Assembly (NCBI RefSeq): GCF_046105845.1
Contig: NZ_CP151004.1
Strand: one strand, 5' to 3'
Origin: Escherichia coli
GTDB taxonomy: Bacteria; Pseudomonadota; Gammaproteobacteria; Enterobacterales; Enterobacteriaceae
DNA: 64,000 nucleotides
In this document: positions 21,073-30,913 of the stretch, piece after piece
Position numbering within the stretch: the stretch's first letter is position 1
Layout: the number at the start of each line of letters is the position of its first letter
Program-made: the position numbers and the translations under genes
The notes under the pieces: generated by a model
Seen by the model: only the letters and a program-made list of their open reading frames with translations
The model's database searches: none
What the model was told of the DNA's origin: nothing

Positions 21073-22107
21073 ATGATGTTCAGAAATGGAATGTTACTAA
21101 TATTTATTTTATGGGTTAATTTTACCTGGGCTGGATGTCGTACCACTGCATCATTAAATATTACTGATAGTATTAATGTGGGGGAGATTTTAGCGAATGA
21201 GGTTTCCTTTAGTAAAAGTGTTGTGTTTACTGGGATATCTTGTGATACGAGCACGGATAAAATAGTCTATAAAAATATCCAAAGTGATTGGGTTGAAGTC
21301 GGGCCTTTTGGTAATGGCGAAAAGTTAAAGGTTAAAATAGAGTCTTTAGGTAAAACCAGTGACACGATTGGGAAATCCAGCAATGCGCAGGCAGTATTAC
21401 CCTATGTGGTTAAAATATCTAAAGGCACACCTGATTTTACTGGAGAAAGAAAACCTACCTGGTTTCTTTCAGATACTGTGATTGCAAATATTGGCGGTGA
21501 GTCATCTTCATCCATTGACTTTTGGTTGAGCATTTGTAAGACATTGAAGATTAACTGGTGTGTAAGTTATCTCACCAGTAAACTGGCGGGGGATACATTT
21601 ACGCTTGGATTAAGTATTTCCTATTATCCTAAAAATACGACCTGTAAGCCTGAAAACACAATAATAAAAGTAGATGATATTGCCTTGTCCCAATTCAGAA
21701 GTCAGGGAAAGATTACGGCGAATAGTAAGGAAGGAATAATTACGTTGAAATGTGATAATCTTTTCGGCGACACAAAACAAGCATCGCGGAATATGGTCGT
21801 ATATCTTTCCAGCAGTGACTTAGTTACAGGAAGCAATACAATTTTGCGCGGCAACATAGATAATGGTGTAGGATTTGTGTTGGATCTAAAAGAACCACCC
21901 AAAGGGACTGAAGCAGCCATCAAAATTTCTGCTAGCGGCGATCAGGGCGCGGCGACATCATTATGGAAAACAGATAAAACCGGGGCTTCTTTAAATAGTA
22001 ATATTATTAATATACCTGTCCTGGCCAGTTACTACGTCTACGATACAAACAAAGTAAAATCTGGCGCACTACAGGCAACCGCATTAATCAACGTGAAATA
22101 CGACTAA
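21073..22107 (+). CDS. yehA: Fimbrial tip/adhesin-like subunit
   Basis: 344 aa from MMFRNGMLLIF; last gene of the operon. Confidence 0.8.
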   Translation: MMFRNGMLLIFILWVNFTWAGCRTTASLNITDSINVGEILANEVSFSKSVVFTGISCDTSTDKIVYKNIQSDWVEVGPFGNGEKLKVKIESLGKTSDTIGKSSNAQAVLPYVVKISKGTPDFTGERKPTWFLSDTVIANIGGESSSSIDFWLSICKTLKINWCVSYLTSKLAGDTFTLGLSISYYPKNTTCKPENTIIKVDDIALSQFRSQGKITANSKEGIITLKCDNLFGDTKQASRNMVVYLSSSDLVTGSNTILRGNIDNGVGFVLDLKEPPKGTEAAIKISASGDQGAATSLWKTDKTGASLNSNIINIPVLASYYVYDTNKVKSGALQATALINVKYD

Positions 22108-22154
22108 TAACGAGCAAGTGGCTAATAATAAAAAATAACAAGGTGTCTGCATTT

Positions 22155-22181
22155 CCCCCTCATGATGAGGGGGCTTTTTTT
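22155..22181 (+). terminator. Terminator after yehA, overlapping the rcnB stop
   Basis: Perfect hairpin ccccctcatgatgaggggg followed by cttttttt. Confidence 0.75.
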
Positions 22182-22518
22182 AGCGATGATAAAAAATCTC
22201 ACCGTCGTAGGCTTTAATGATTTTACCGTCGGTGTCGCTGATCAACACGTACGCGCCACCCATATAGGTCCAGTGCGTCCCGGCATCAGGCGCGGGCAGG
22301 TTACGTAACTGCCACTGCTTAATGTTGTACTCATCGGTGCGGTACATCTCTGGGACGGTATCGCCTGGTTTGAAATGCTTAAAGTCAGCAATGAAACTGC
22401 TTAACTCATACTTAGAAATTCCCGAGGTATTGGTCGAACCCGCGGTGGCTGGTGCGGCCCAGGCGGCACTGGTAACCAGCAAAAGCGCACCCAGCAACAT
22501 CTTATTTTTAATGGTCAT
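22180..22518 (-). CDS. rcnB: Periplasmic nickel/cobalt homeostasis protein
   Basis: 112 aa from MTIKNKMLLGALLLVTSAAWA; downstream of rcnA. Confidence 0.85.
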   Translation of the reverse strand: MTIKNKMLLGALLLVTSAAWAAPATAGSTNTSGISKYELSSFIADFKHFKPGDTVPEMYRTDEYNIKQWQLRNLPAPDAGTHWTYMGGAYVLISDTDGKIIKAYDGEIFYHR

Positions 22519-22736
22519 AAACTCTCCACTTTGGGGATCTGTAATATCAGTCGCATATCTTTCCTGCCATACAATATAACTGACAAGCGATATTTTGTTA
22601 GTGATCCCATGATTTCGTAAAAAGTGTAAATGAAAGGATGCCCTAAAAGCATCCTTAGCGAGCAGAGAGTCAGCGGAAATAGCTGATTTAAGAATCATCC
22701 TGGGCTGAAGATAACATGCAAACCTAAAGGATTGAG

Positions 22737-23561
22737 TTATCGCATTATGCCCATAAAGCCATGCACACCCATATACACACCAACTAAGCCAATCAACAGA
22801 CTGGAAAAATAGGGGGCGCGTTTAGCGAGAGTGTTAAATCCGCTCCAGCGTTTTGCGACCTGCTGAACGCTGATTGCTGCGCCAACGCCTACGGTGACAA
22901 GCGTTAACGCCAGGCCAATGCTGAAACTGACGACCAGTGTTGCGCCCAGTGTCAGGGCTTTCAACTGAATGCAAATCAACAGCACGGTAATTGCTGCCGG
23001 GCAGGGGATAAGACCACCTGTTAAGCCAAATAGCAAAATTTGCCAGTTGGTGACCTCTCTACCATCAAAGCGTCGTTTAATGTCATTGGCATGGGCTCGT
23101 GCATGGGCATCCTGATACTCGCCATGTTCGTGATGGTGATGATGTCCATGGTCGTGGTGATCTTCGTGATCATGGTGATGATGCTCATGATCATGCCCGT
23201 GCATATTCTCCAGCCAGTTGCGTTCGCCGCGCCAGGTACGCCAGAACATCCAGAACGCGGTGCCAATAATGATCACCGCGGAAATCAACTGGAGCCACGG
23301 TTCCGCCGACTGCGTAGTAAAGCGTTTGCTGATCACCATCCCGCCAAAGGCAATCAACCAGACCACCGCGGTATGCGAAATGGTTGCTGCCAGTCCGAGC
23401 ATCACCGCCTGTTTAATGGTGCCTTTGATGGCGATGATAAACGCCGCCATCATCGTTTTTGAGTGCCCTGGTTCCAGGCCATGAAGCGCACCAAGTAAGA
23501 TGGCGCTGGGGATGAAGAACCAGGCGTTTCCTTGCTGAAGAAGAGTGGTAAATTCGGTCAT
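22737..23561 (-). CDS. rcnA: Nickel/cobalt efflux permease with His-rich loop
   Basis: 274 aa; loop HGHDHEHHHHDHEDHHDHGHHHHHEHGEY. Confidence 0.95.
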   Translation of the reverse strand: MTEFTTLLQQGNAWFFIPSAILLGALHGLEPGHSKTMMAAFIIAIKGTIKQAVMLGLAATISHTAVVWLIAFGGMVISKRFTTQSAEPWLQLISAVIIIGTAFWMFWRTWRGERNWLENMHGHDHEHHHHDHEDHHDHGHHHHHEHGEYQDAHARAHANDIKRRFDGREVTNWQILLFGLTGGLIPCPAAITVLLICIQLKALTLGATLVVSFSIGLALTLVTVGVGAAISVQQVAKRWSGFNTLAKRAPYFSSLLIGLVGVYMGVHGFMGIMR

Positions 23562-23598
23562 GATAATAATTCTTAGTATTAATTCGGCAATCTGATTC

Positions 23599-23633
23599 TA
23601 CTCCCCCCCAGTACCTGATACTACCCCCCAGTA
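23599..23633. promoter_or_regulatory. Two tandem RcnR operator sites (TACT-G/C tract-AGTA)
   Basis: tactcccccccagta at 23599..23613 and tactaccccccagta at 23619..23633 in the rcnA-rcnR divergent intergenic region. Confidence 0.85.
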
Positions 23634-23681
23634 GATTAATAGTGCTATGATTTTTCATGTTCTTGTTAACCAGGTGTTGCC

Positions 23682-23954
23682 ATGTCTCATACAATCCGTG
23701 ATAAACAGAAACTGAAAGCGCGTGCCAGTAAGATTCAGGGCCAGGTCGTGGCGCTCAAGAAAATGCTCGACGAGCCGCACGAATGCGCTGCAGTTTTACA
23801 ACAGATTGCTGCTATCCGTGGCGCGGTAAACGGTCTGATGCGGGAAGTGATTAAAGGTCATCTGACGGAACACATCGTTCACCAGGGGGATGAGCTAAAA
23901 CGTGAAGAAGATCTGGATGTCGTTCTGAAGGTGCTGGATTCATATATCAAATAA
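23682..23954 (+). CDS. rcnR: Ni/Co-responsive transcriptional repressor (CsoR/RcnR family)
   Basis: 90-aa ORF divergent from rcnA. Confidence 0.95.
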
Positions 23955-24039
23955 TTTATTAACGCGATTGTAAAACTGCCGGTTTTCCTCGTTTACAACG
24001 CGTGCGCTGGACATTACCATCCTCCTCTGCGATTTATCA

Positions 24040-24176
24040 TCGCAACCAAACGACTCGGGGTGCCCTTCTGCGTGAAGGCTGAGAAATACCCGTATCACCT
24101 GATCTGGATAATGCCAGCGTAGGGAAGTCACGGACCACCAGGTCATTGCTTCTTCACGTTATGGCAGGAGCAAACT
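24040..24176 (+). ncRNA. TPP (thi-box) riboswitch in the thiM leader
   Basis: Contains ctggggtgcccttctgcgtgaaggctgagaaatacccgtatcacctgatctggataatgccagcgtaggga immediately upstream of thiM. Confidence 0.9.
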
Positions 24177-24965
24177 ATGCAAGTCGACCTGCTGAGTTCC
24201 GCGCAATCTGCGCACGCGTTACACCTTTTTCACCAACATTCCCCTCTTGTGCACTGCATGACCAACGATGTGGTGCAAACCTTTACTGCCAATACCTTGC
24301 TGGCGCTCGGTGCATCGCCAGCGATGGTTATCGAAACCGAAGAGGCCAGTCAGTTTGCGGCTATCGCCAGTGCGTTGCTGATTAACGTTGGCACGCTGAC
24401 GCAGCCACGCGCACAGGCGATGCGTGCCGCCGTTGAACAGGCAAAACGCTCTCAAACACCCTGGACGCTTGATCCAGTAGCGGTGGGTGCACTCGACTAT
24501 CGCCGCCGTTTTTGTCTGGAACTTCTGTCTCATAAGCCAACCGCCATACGTGGTAATGCTTCGGAAATCATGGCATTAGCTGGCATTGCTAATGGCGGAC
24601 GGGGAGTGGATACCACTGACGCCGCAGCTAATGCGATACCCGCTGCACAAACACTGGCACGGGAAACTGGCGCAATCGTCGTGGTCACAGGCGAGGTGGA
24701 TTATGTTACCGATGGTCATTGCACCGTTGGCATTCACGGTGGCGATCCGCTAATGACCAAAGTGGTAGGAACTGGCTGTGCATTATCGGCGGTTGTCGCT
24801 GCCTGTTGTGCGTTACCAGGCGATACGCTGGAAAATATCGCATCTGCCTGTCACTGGATGAAACAAGCCGGAGAACGCGCAGTCGCCAGAAGCGAGGGGC
24901 CAGGCAGTTTTGTTCCACATTTCCTTGATGCGCTCTGGCAATTGACGCAGGAGGTGCAGGCGTGA
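24177..24965 (+). CDS. thiM: Hydroxyethylthiazole kinase
   Basis: 262 aa; follows the thi-box. Confidence 0.95.
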   Translation: MQVDLLSSAQSAHALHLFHQHSPLVHCMTNDVVQTFTANTLLALGASPAMVIETEEASQFAAIASALLINVGTLTQPRAQAMRAAVEQAKRSQTPWTLDPVAVGALDYRRRFCLELLSHKPTAIRGNASEIMALAGIANGGRGVDTTDAAANAIPAAQTLARETGAIVVVTGEVDYVTDGHCTVGIHGGDPLMTKVVGTGCALSAVVAACCALPGDTLENIASACHWMKQAGERAVARSEGPGSFVPHFLDALWQLTQEVQA

Positions 24966-25762
24966 AACGAATTAACGCTCTGACGATTGCTGGTACTGAT
25001 CCGAGTGGTGGTGCGGGGATTCAGGCCGATCTTAAAACCTTCTCGGCACTTGGCGCTTATGGTTGCTCAGTGATTACTGCACTGGTGGCGCAAAATACCC
25101 GTGGCGTACAGTCGGTGTATCGCATTGAGCCTGATTTTGTCGCCGCCCAGCTCGATTCGGTGTTCAGCGATGTGCGAATCGATACCACTAAAATCGGTAT
25201 GTTGGCGGAAACCGATATTGTTGAAGCGGTGGCAGAACGGTTGCAACGTTATCAGATCCAAAACGTGGTACTCGACACCGTTATGCTGGCAAAAAGCGGC
25301 GACCCGCTGCTTTCACCTTCGGCGGTTGCTACGCTGCGCAGTCGATTATTGCCACAGGTTTCATTAATAACGCCAAACTTGCCCGAAGCTGCCGCCTTGC
25401 TCGACGCGCCACACGCGCGCACCGAACAGGAAATGCTGGAACAAGGGCGATCGCTGTTGGCGATGGGCTGTGGCGCAGTGCTAATGAAAGGTGGTCATCT
25501 GGATGATGAGCAAAGCCCGGACTGGCTGTTTACTCGTGAGGGGGAACAACGATTTACTGCACCGCGCATTATGACCAAAAACACCCACGGCACTGGTTGT
25601 ACGCTCTCTGCGGCGTTGGCTGCACTACGCCCGCGCCATACAAACTGGGCTGACACCGTACAGGAGGCAAAAAGCTGGCTTTCATCGGCGTTAGCCCAGG
25701 CCGACACGCTGGAAGTTGGTCACGGTATTGGTCCGGTTCACCACTTCCACGCCTGGTGGTGA
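24962..25762 (+). CDS. thiD: Hydroxymethylpyrimidine/phosphomethylpyrimidine kinase
   Basis: 266 aa; 4-bp overlap with thiM. Confidence 0.95.
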   Translation: MKRINALTIAGTDPSGGAGIQADLKTFSALGAYGCSVITALVAQNTRGVQSVYRIEPDFVAAQLDSVFSDVRIDTTKIGMLAETDIVEAVAERLQRYQIQNVVLDTVMLAKSGDPLLSPSAVATLRSRLLPQVSLITPNLPEAAALLDAPHARTEQEMLEQGRSLLAMGCGAVLMKGGHLDDEQSPDWLFTREGEQRFTAPRIMTKNTHGTGCTLSAALAALRPRHTNWADTVQEAKSWLSSALAQADTLEVGHGIGPVHHFHAWW

Positions 25763-25817
25763 GCACCGTACTATAGCTGCTTTGGTTATTGTCAGCCTTT
25801 GGCGCTGACATTCAGGG

Positions 25818-26645
25818 ATGAAACCAATGCAACTGAGAATCACCAGTCGAAAAAAATTCACCGCTTTATTATGCGCTCTTGGGCTAATTTCCATCGTTGC
25901 AATTTATCCGCGTCAGACGGTGAATTTTTTCTACTCGACAGCAATTCAGATTAAAGACTACATCCACTTCTACGGTTATCGTCCGGTCAAATCTTTTGCT
26001 ATTCGCATTCCTGCCAGTTACACCATTCATGGTATTGATGTTTCACGCTGGCAGGAGCGAATCGACTGGCAGCGGGTGGCAAAAATGCGCGATAACGGTA
26101 TTCGCTTGCAGTTTGCCTTTATCAAGGCGACGGAAGGCGAAAAGCTGGTGGACCCCTATTTTTCGCGTAACTGGCAACTAAGCCGCGAAAATGGCCTGCT
26201 GCGCGGGGCGTATCATTATTTCTCCCCGTCAGTATCCGCTTCAGTTCAGGCGCGATTATTTCTGCAAACGGTGGATTTCTCACAAGACGATTTCCCTGCG
26301 GTACTGGACGTAGAAGAGCGAGGAAAATTATCGGCAAAAGAATTACGTAAGCGGGTAAGTCAGTGGCTAAAAATGGTCGAAAAAAGTACGGGAAAAAAGC
26401 CGATTATTTACTCAGGAGCCGTTTTTTATCACACCAATCTGGCGGGCTATTTCAATGAATATCCGTGGTGGGTGGCTCACTATTATCAACGTCGTCCGGA
26501 CAATGACGGCATGGCCTGGCGCTTCTGGCAGCATTCCGACCGTGGACAGGTAGATGGCATTAATGGTCCGGTGGATTTTAATGTGTTTAATGGCACGGTG
26601 GAGGAGTTGCAGGCATTCGTTGATGGGATGAAAGAAACGCCTTAA
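25818..26645 (+). CDS. yegX: GH25-family lysozyme-like muramidase with N-terminal membrane anchor
   Basis: 275-aa ORF (alternative start 25827); GH25-like IDVSRWQERIDWQRV. Confidence 0.8.
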   Translation: MKPMQLRITSRKKFTALLCALGLISIVAIYPRQTVNFFYSTAIQIKDYIHFYGYRPVKSFAIRIPASYTIHGIDVSRWQERIDWQRVAKMRDNGIRLQFAFIKATEGEKLVDPYFSRNWQLSRENGLLRGAYHYFSPSVSASVQARLFLQTVDFSQDDFPAVLDVEERGKLSAKELRKRVSQWLKMVEKSTGKKPIIYSGAVFYHTNLAGYFNEYPWWVAHYYQRRPDNDGMAWRFWQHSDRGQVDGINGPVDFNVFNGTVEELQAFVDGMKETP

Positions 26646-26696
26646 ATAAGAAGCAGTGATATACTCCCACCAGACTCCCTGGCAGGAAAAAGACAA

Positions 26697-27443
26697 ATGG
26701 AACAAGCGCATACCCAGCTGATTGCCCAACTGAACGAACGTATTTTAGCGGCGGATAACACGCCGCTTTATATTAAGTTTGCCGAAACGGTAAAAAATGC
26801 CGTGCGCAGCGGGGTGCTGGAGCATGGCAATATTTTGCCCGGTGAGCGTGATTTAAGTCAGTTAACCGGCGTTTCGCGCATTACGGTGCGCAAGGCGATG
26901 CAGGCGCTGGAAGAAGAGGGCGTGGTGACGCGTTCGCGTGGTTACGGCACGCAGATCAACAACATCTTCGAATACTCGTTGAAAGAAGCGCGAGGTTTTT
27001 CTCAGCAGGTGGTATTGCGCGGGAAAAAGCCCGATACGCTATGGGTTAACAAGCGTGTCGTGAAATGTCCCGAAGAAGTCGCGCAGCAGCTAGCGGTCGA
27101 AGCAGGAAGTAATGTCTTTTTGCTTAAGCGTATTCGCTATGTCGATGAAGAAGCGGTATCAATTGAGGAATCGTGGGTTCCTGCGCATTTAATTCATGAT
27201 GTTGATGCCATCGGAATTTCTCTTTATGACTACTTCCGCAGCCAGCACATTTACCCACAACGTACGCGTTCCCGCGTTAGCGCCCGGATGCCGGATGCCG
27301 AGTTTCAGTCACATATTCAGTTAGATAGCAAAATACCGGTGCTGGTGATCAAGCAAGTGGCGCTTGACCAACAGCAACGGCCTATTGAGTACAGCATTAG
27401 CCACTGTCGCAGCGATCTATACGTTTTTGTGTGCGAGGAGTAG
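26697..27443 (+). CDS. yegW: GntR/HutC-family transcriptional regulator
   Basis: 248 aa; N-terminal winged-helix region, C-terminal UTRA-like region. Confidence 0.85.
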   Translation: MEQAHTQLIAQLNERILAADNTPLYIKFAETVKNAVRSGVLEHGNILPGERDLSQLTGVSRITVRKAMQALEEEGVVTRSRGYGTQINNIFEYSLKEARGFSQQVVLRGKKPDTLWVNKRVVKCPEEVAQQLAVEAGSNVFLLKRIRYVDEEAVSIEESWVPAHLIHDVDAIGISLYDYFRSQHIYPQRTRSRVSARMPDAEFQSHIQLDSKIPVLVIKQVALDQQQRPIEYSISHCRSDLYVFVCEE

Positions 27444-28382
27444 TTCCTCGCGCGTTGGCGCACAATCACCGCCCCGATGCCCGACAACCCACGACGCCAC
27501 TGCATTGCCCAGTAATACAGCATCCGCCAGTGGCAGACCAGAGGCCAGCCCGGCAAGTACGCCACCTGCATGACTGTCGCCCGCCCCAATGGTGTCGACA
27601 ACTTGCGTTGGAAATGCCGGAATGCAGCCAGAAGCATCGTTGCTGAAATACCATGCACCCTCTTTATCGAGACGAACGATCAACGGCGCGGCAAATTTCT
27701 CCTGCCATTGCTTGCCAAGTGTTGTTATCTCTGCGGATAAAGCAAAACGTTCGGCGGCAATCTCAGCCTCTTGACGATTGAGTGATACTAAAGGTCGACA
27801 GGCCATGATCCGCGCCAGTAATGCGTCCGGGATATCGCCGATACGTGGGCCAAAATCGATAAACGGCGTCACGTCTTGCAGCTCTTCCAGCCATTCCACT
27901 AACAATTCGCCGCAGAGCGAGGCCAGTTGATAACCGGAAAAATAGAGCAGGCTGCCAGGCGCAACGGTTAATCGTGCCAACCATTGGCGATTCCATTGAT
28001 TTTCCACGCCGCTGAATGACATAAAAGTGCGTTCGCCATCCGGCTCAACCAGCGCCAGACACCAGCCGTTATCACCTTCGGCGTTATCGATCAGGCTGAT
28101 TAAGCCCTCTTTTGCCATCCGGTTGCGAATAATCTCCGCCCAAACCCCCTGACCGAGCGGCAAGGCATTACCCGCTTCGATGCCGAGGCGCTTTAACGCC
28201 ACGGCAATATTCAGTGCGCAGCCGCCAACGTTAACGCTCTGCTGTTTCAGTTCGATATCGCACCCACGCCAGGGGAGGGCATAAGCGTCGGCGATCACAT
28301 CAATGACCGCCGCGCCAATCACCATAACTGGCTGACGCGTGGTTAATTCAGGCAGCAGCGTGTGTAATCGAGCGCCGCTCAT
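27417..28382 (-). CDS. yegV: PfkB-family sugar/nucleoside kinase
   Basis: 321 aa; ribokinase-like motifs GAGD and DTIGAGD. Confidence 0.85.
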   Translation of the reverse strand: MSGARLHTLLPELTTRQPVMVIGAAVIDVIADAYALPWRGCDIELKQQSVNVGGCALNIAVALKRLGIEAGNALPLGQGVWAEIIRNRMAKEGLISLIDNAEGDNGWCLALVEPDGERTFMSFSGVENQWNRQWLARLTVAPGSLLYFSGYQLASLCGELLVEWLEELQDVTPFIDFGPRIGDIPDALLARIMACRPLVSLNRQEAEIAAERFALSAEITTLGKQWQEKFAAPLIVRLDKEGAWYFSNDASGCIPAFPTQVVDTIGAGDSHAGGVLAGLASGLPLADAVLLGNAVASWVVGHRGGDCAPTREELLLAHKNV

Positions 28383-29383
28383 ACCGCCTCCCGTTGTTGA
28401 CGATATTTCGCCAGCGCTGTGGCATAGCGGTTGAAATCAAGCTGATTTACCGCATCCAGCTCCGCCTTTAACGCAGGATCGATAGCGTTAATGCCATGCA
28501 ACGCGCCGCAGATTGCCGTCGCCATAGCACCGATGGTGTCTGTATCGCCGCCAAGGTTAGCGCACAGGACGGCGCAACGGTTCGGGTCGGTTTGTGCCAG
28601 TTCAACCAGCGCAATGGCGCACGGAACGGACTCAATAGTGCTGGTACCTGCGCCAACGACCTGGTAAAGCTGTTCGCTGGCGGATTCAGTGCCGTCGGCA
28701 TTGCGCACAATTTTCAGCGCAATCTCCAGCCGCGCCGCCAATGAGGCGCTGAACGTGGTCGTGCGTTTTTGCTGTGCATGTTGCGCAATTGAAGGCAGTG
28801 AATCAACAATCGCTGACCAGCTTTCTCCGTCAATGGCACGAGAAATCGCCCATGCGATGACTACCGCACCTGCAACTGCCAGATCGGATTTATGGGTCGG
28901 GCTCGACGCCAGCGCCACATCATCAATAAAGGAATCAACATCACGCGCCGGAAGCAAACAACCTAATGGCGAGACGCGCATCGCTGCGCCGTTGGTCACG
29001 CCGTTGTTTTCCAGTTCAGCAACGGGTTTACCGTCGCGAATGGCGTTGAGAGCAATCTTCGAGGTCGGACCTAGTACGTTTTTGTTAAAGGCATCGAAAC
29101 GCAGCGCCCAGTCGAGAATATTACGCCCAATCAGATCCGGATCGATCTTGCCTTCACGTTCCAGTAACGCATCCGCCAGACACAGCGCCATCGAGGTATC
29201 GTCGGTGAATTCGGCGCGGTTAAAATAACAGGCTGCGTTATTCTCCTTTGGTCCAGGCAGAAAACGATCAATCCAGCCAAAGTGTGCTTTAACGCGGCTG
29301 CGTGGCCAAAGCTCGGAGGGCATCCCCATCGCATCCCCTAACGCCTGCCCATAAAGAGCACCGAGAATACGTTCTGTTTTCAT
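28379..29383 (-). CDS. yegU: ADP-ribosylglycohydrolase-family protein
   Basis: 334 aa; 4-bp overlap with yegV. Confidence 0.85.
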   Translation of the reverse strand: MKTERILGALYGQALGDAMGMPSELWPRSRVKAHFGWIDRFLPGPKENNAACYFNRAEFTDDTSMALCLADALLEREGKIDPDLIGRNILDWALRFDAFNKNVLGPTSKIALNAIRDGKPVAELENNGVTNGAAMRVSPLGCLLPARDVDSFIDDVALASSPTHKSDLAVAGAVVIAWAISRAIDGESWSAIVDSLPSIAQHAQQKRTTTFSASLAARLEIALKIVRNADGTESASEQLYQVVGAGTSTIESVPCAIALVELAQTDPNRCAVLCANLGGDTDTIGAMATAICGALHGINAIDPALKAELDAVNQLDFNRYATALAKYRQQREAV

Positions 29384-30657
29384 TTAACTTCCCCTTGTGT
29401 CAACGCAATATCGCGATCATCGACCTTGATAGCCGTAATTTCGTTGTCGGATTCGCGGAAAAAAATCATGAACAGCACGGCGATAATGGCAATCATCACC
29501 GCGCCAAAAGTCCACATCCCGGACCAGTTGAAAGTCAGTCCGTTTACCGGTTCCTGATAAGCGAACATCTTTTCCATCATCACACCGCCAAGACGATAGC
29601 CGAGCAAACTGCCGAAGCCCTGGCAGCAGAGCGTGATCAGCCCCTGCGCAGCGGTACGCATATGCACGGGGGCTTTTTTATCGACATAGATGTAAGCGGT
29701 AACGTAGTAAAAATCGTAACTTACTCCATGCAGCAAAATGCCGAGGAACAGTAACGCGTAGGTGAAATATTCATCCGCACTACCGTAAATAAAGAAGCCA
29801 TAGCGGATCGCAGCGGTGACCAGACCAAGCAACAATACCTTTTTGATACCAAAGCGTTTAGTGAAAAACGGCAATGCCAGCATAAAGAAGATTTCAGAGA
29901 ACTGGCCGAGCGTCATCCAGCCGGTGGCGTTTTTCATGCCGACTTCTGTCAGATAACCGTTGGCAAAGATGTAATAGAACGCCAGTGGCATCGCAAACAG
30001 GAATGAACAGAAGAAAAAGACGAGGAAGTTTTTATCGCGCAGCAGGATCAGCGCATCCAGGCCGAGCATGACTTTAATGTCCATTTTGCCGGTGCTTTTT
30101 GGCGGCGTGTCGGGCAGGAAAAACGCAAACACACCGAGCAGAGCAGAACTTCCGGCGGTAATCAGCAGCGGGATGTTAGTCGGAGAGATATCGGCATAAC
30201 CCAGCATTTGCGGCAAAAATCCACATGCCAGACCGGAGGCAATCCAGCCGATAGTGCCCATCACACGAATGCGTGGGAAATCACGCTCCACATCCGGCAC
30301 GTTGGCAAAAGCGATACTGTTAGTCAGCGCAATGGTCGGCATATAGGTTAGCGAGTAGGCCAGCAGTAACGGGAAGAACCCGGCAAAAGTGGTCTGTTGC
30401 GCAGCGAAATACATCAGCGCCGCACCAGCGAACATCAATACCGCCAGCACTTTCTGCGCCGAGAAAAAGCGGTCAGTGATGGAGCCAACCAGAATTGGCG
30501 ACAGGATCGCCGCAATGGCGGTACAGGCATACGACCAGCCAATTTCTCCGGCACTAAAACCGCTTTTACTTAACCACAACCACAATGGCACAAACCACGC
30601 GCCCCAGATAAACCATTCAACAAACATCATGAACGACAGCTTTGCTGTTGTTTTCAT
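29380..30657 (-). CDS. yegT: Nucleoside:H+ symporter-family transporter (NupG/XapB-like MFS)
   Basis: 425 aa, multi-pass membrane protein; first gene of yegTUV. Confidence 0.85.
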   Translation of the reverse strand: MKTTAKLSFMMFVEWFIWGAWFVPLWLWLSKSGFSAGEIGWSYACTAIAAILSPILVGSITDRFFSAQKVLAVLMFAGAALMYFAAQQTTFAGFFPLLLAYSLTYMPTIALTNSIAFANVPDVERDFPRIRVMGTIGWIASGLACGFLPQMLGYADISPTNIPLLITAGSSALLGVFAFFLPDTPPKSTGKMDIKVMLGLDALILLRDKNFLVFFFCSFLFAMPLAFYYIFANGYLTEVGMKNATGWMTLGQFSEIFFMLALPFFTKRFGIKKVLLLGLVTAAIRYGFFIYGSADEYFTYALLFLGILLHGVSYDFYYVTAYIYVDKKAPVHMRTAAQGLITLCCQGFGSLLGYRLGGVMMEKMFAYQEPVNGLTFNWSGMWTFGAVMIAIIAVLFMIFFRESDNEITAIKVDDRDIALTQGEVK

Positions 30658-30913
30658 CTTTTAATTCCTTCATGACAGGTAATGTAAGGTACGCGATGAC
30701 AATACCATTTAATAATACCTTTTAAATACCTTTGCGGTGAAAACTTGACCGCGGTAACATTTTTTCTGATGAATCGAGCCAACAGAAAACGCTGATAAAA
30801 CATCCAAAAGATGGAAAAACTCGCCTGTAACGACCAGGATTATGATTGCCCGCAAAAGGCGGGCCAGGACAATCCATAGCCGATATCCAATCGGAATTTA
30901 CGGGAGCATAGTA

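Noticed and set aside
23090-23200. His-codon-rich low-complexity stretch
   Set aside because: In frame within rcnA and encodes its metal-binding His-rich loop; not a simple-sequence repeat artefact
30842-30913. 24-codon N-terminal extension of fbaB (and similar extensions on metG, apbC, yehA, mdtA, yehM, yehL)
   Set aside because: Shorter starts give the lengths I recall for the K-12 proteins and carry better-placed ribosome-binding sites; extensions are artefacts of longest-ORF calling
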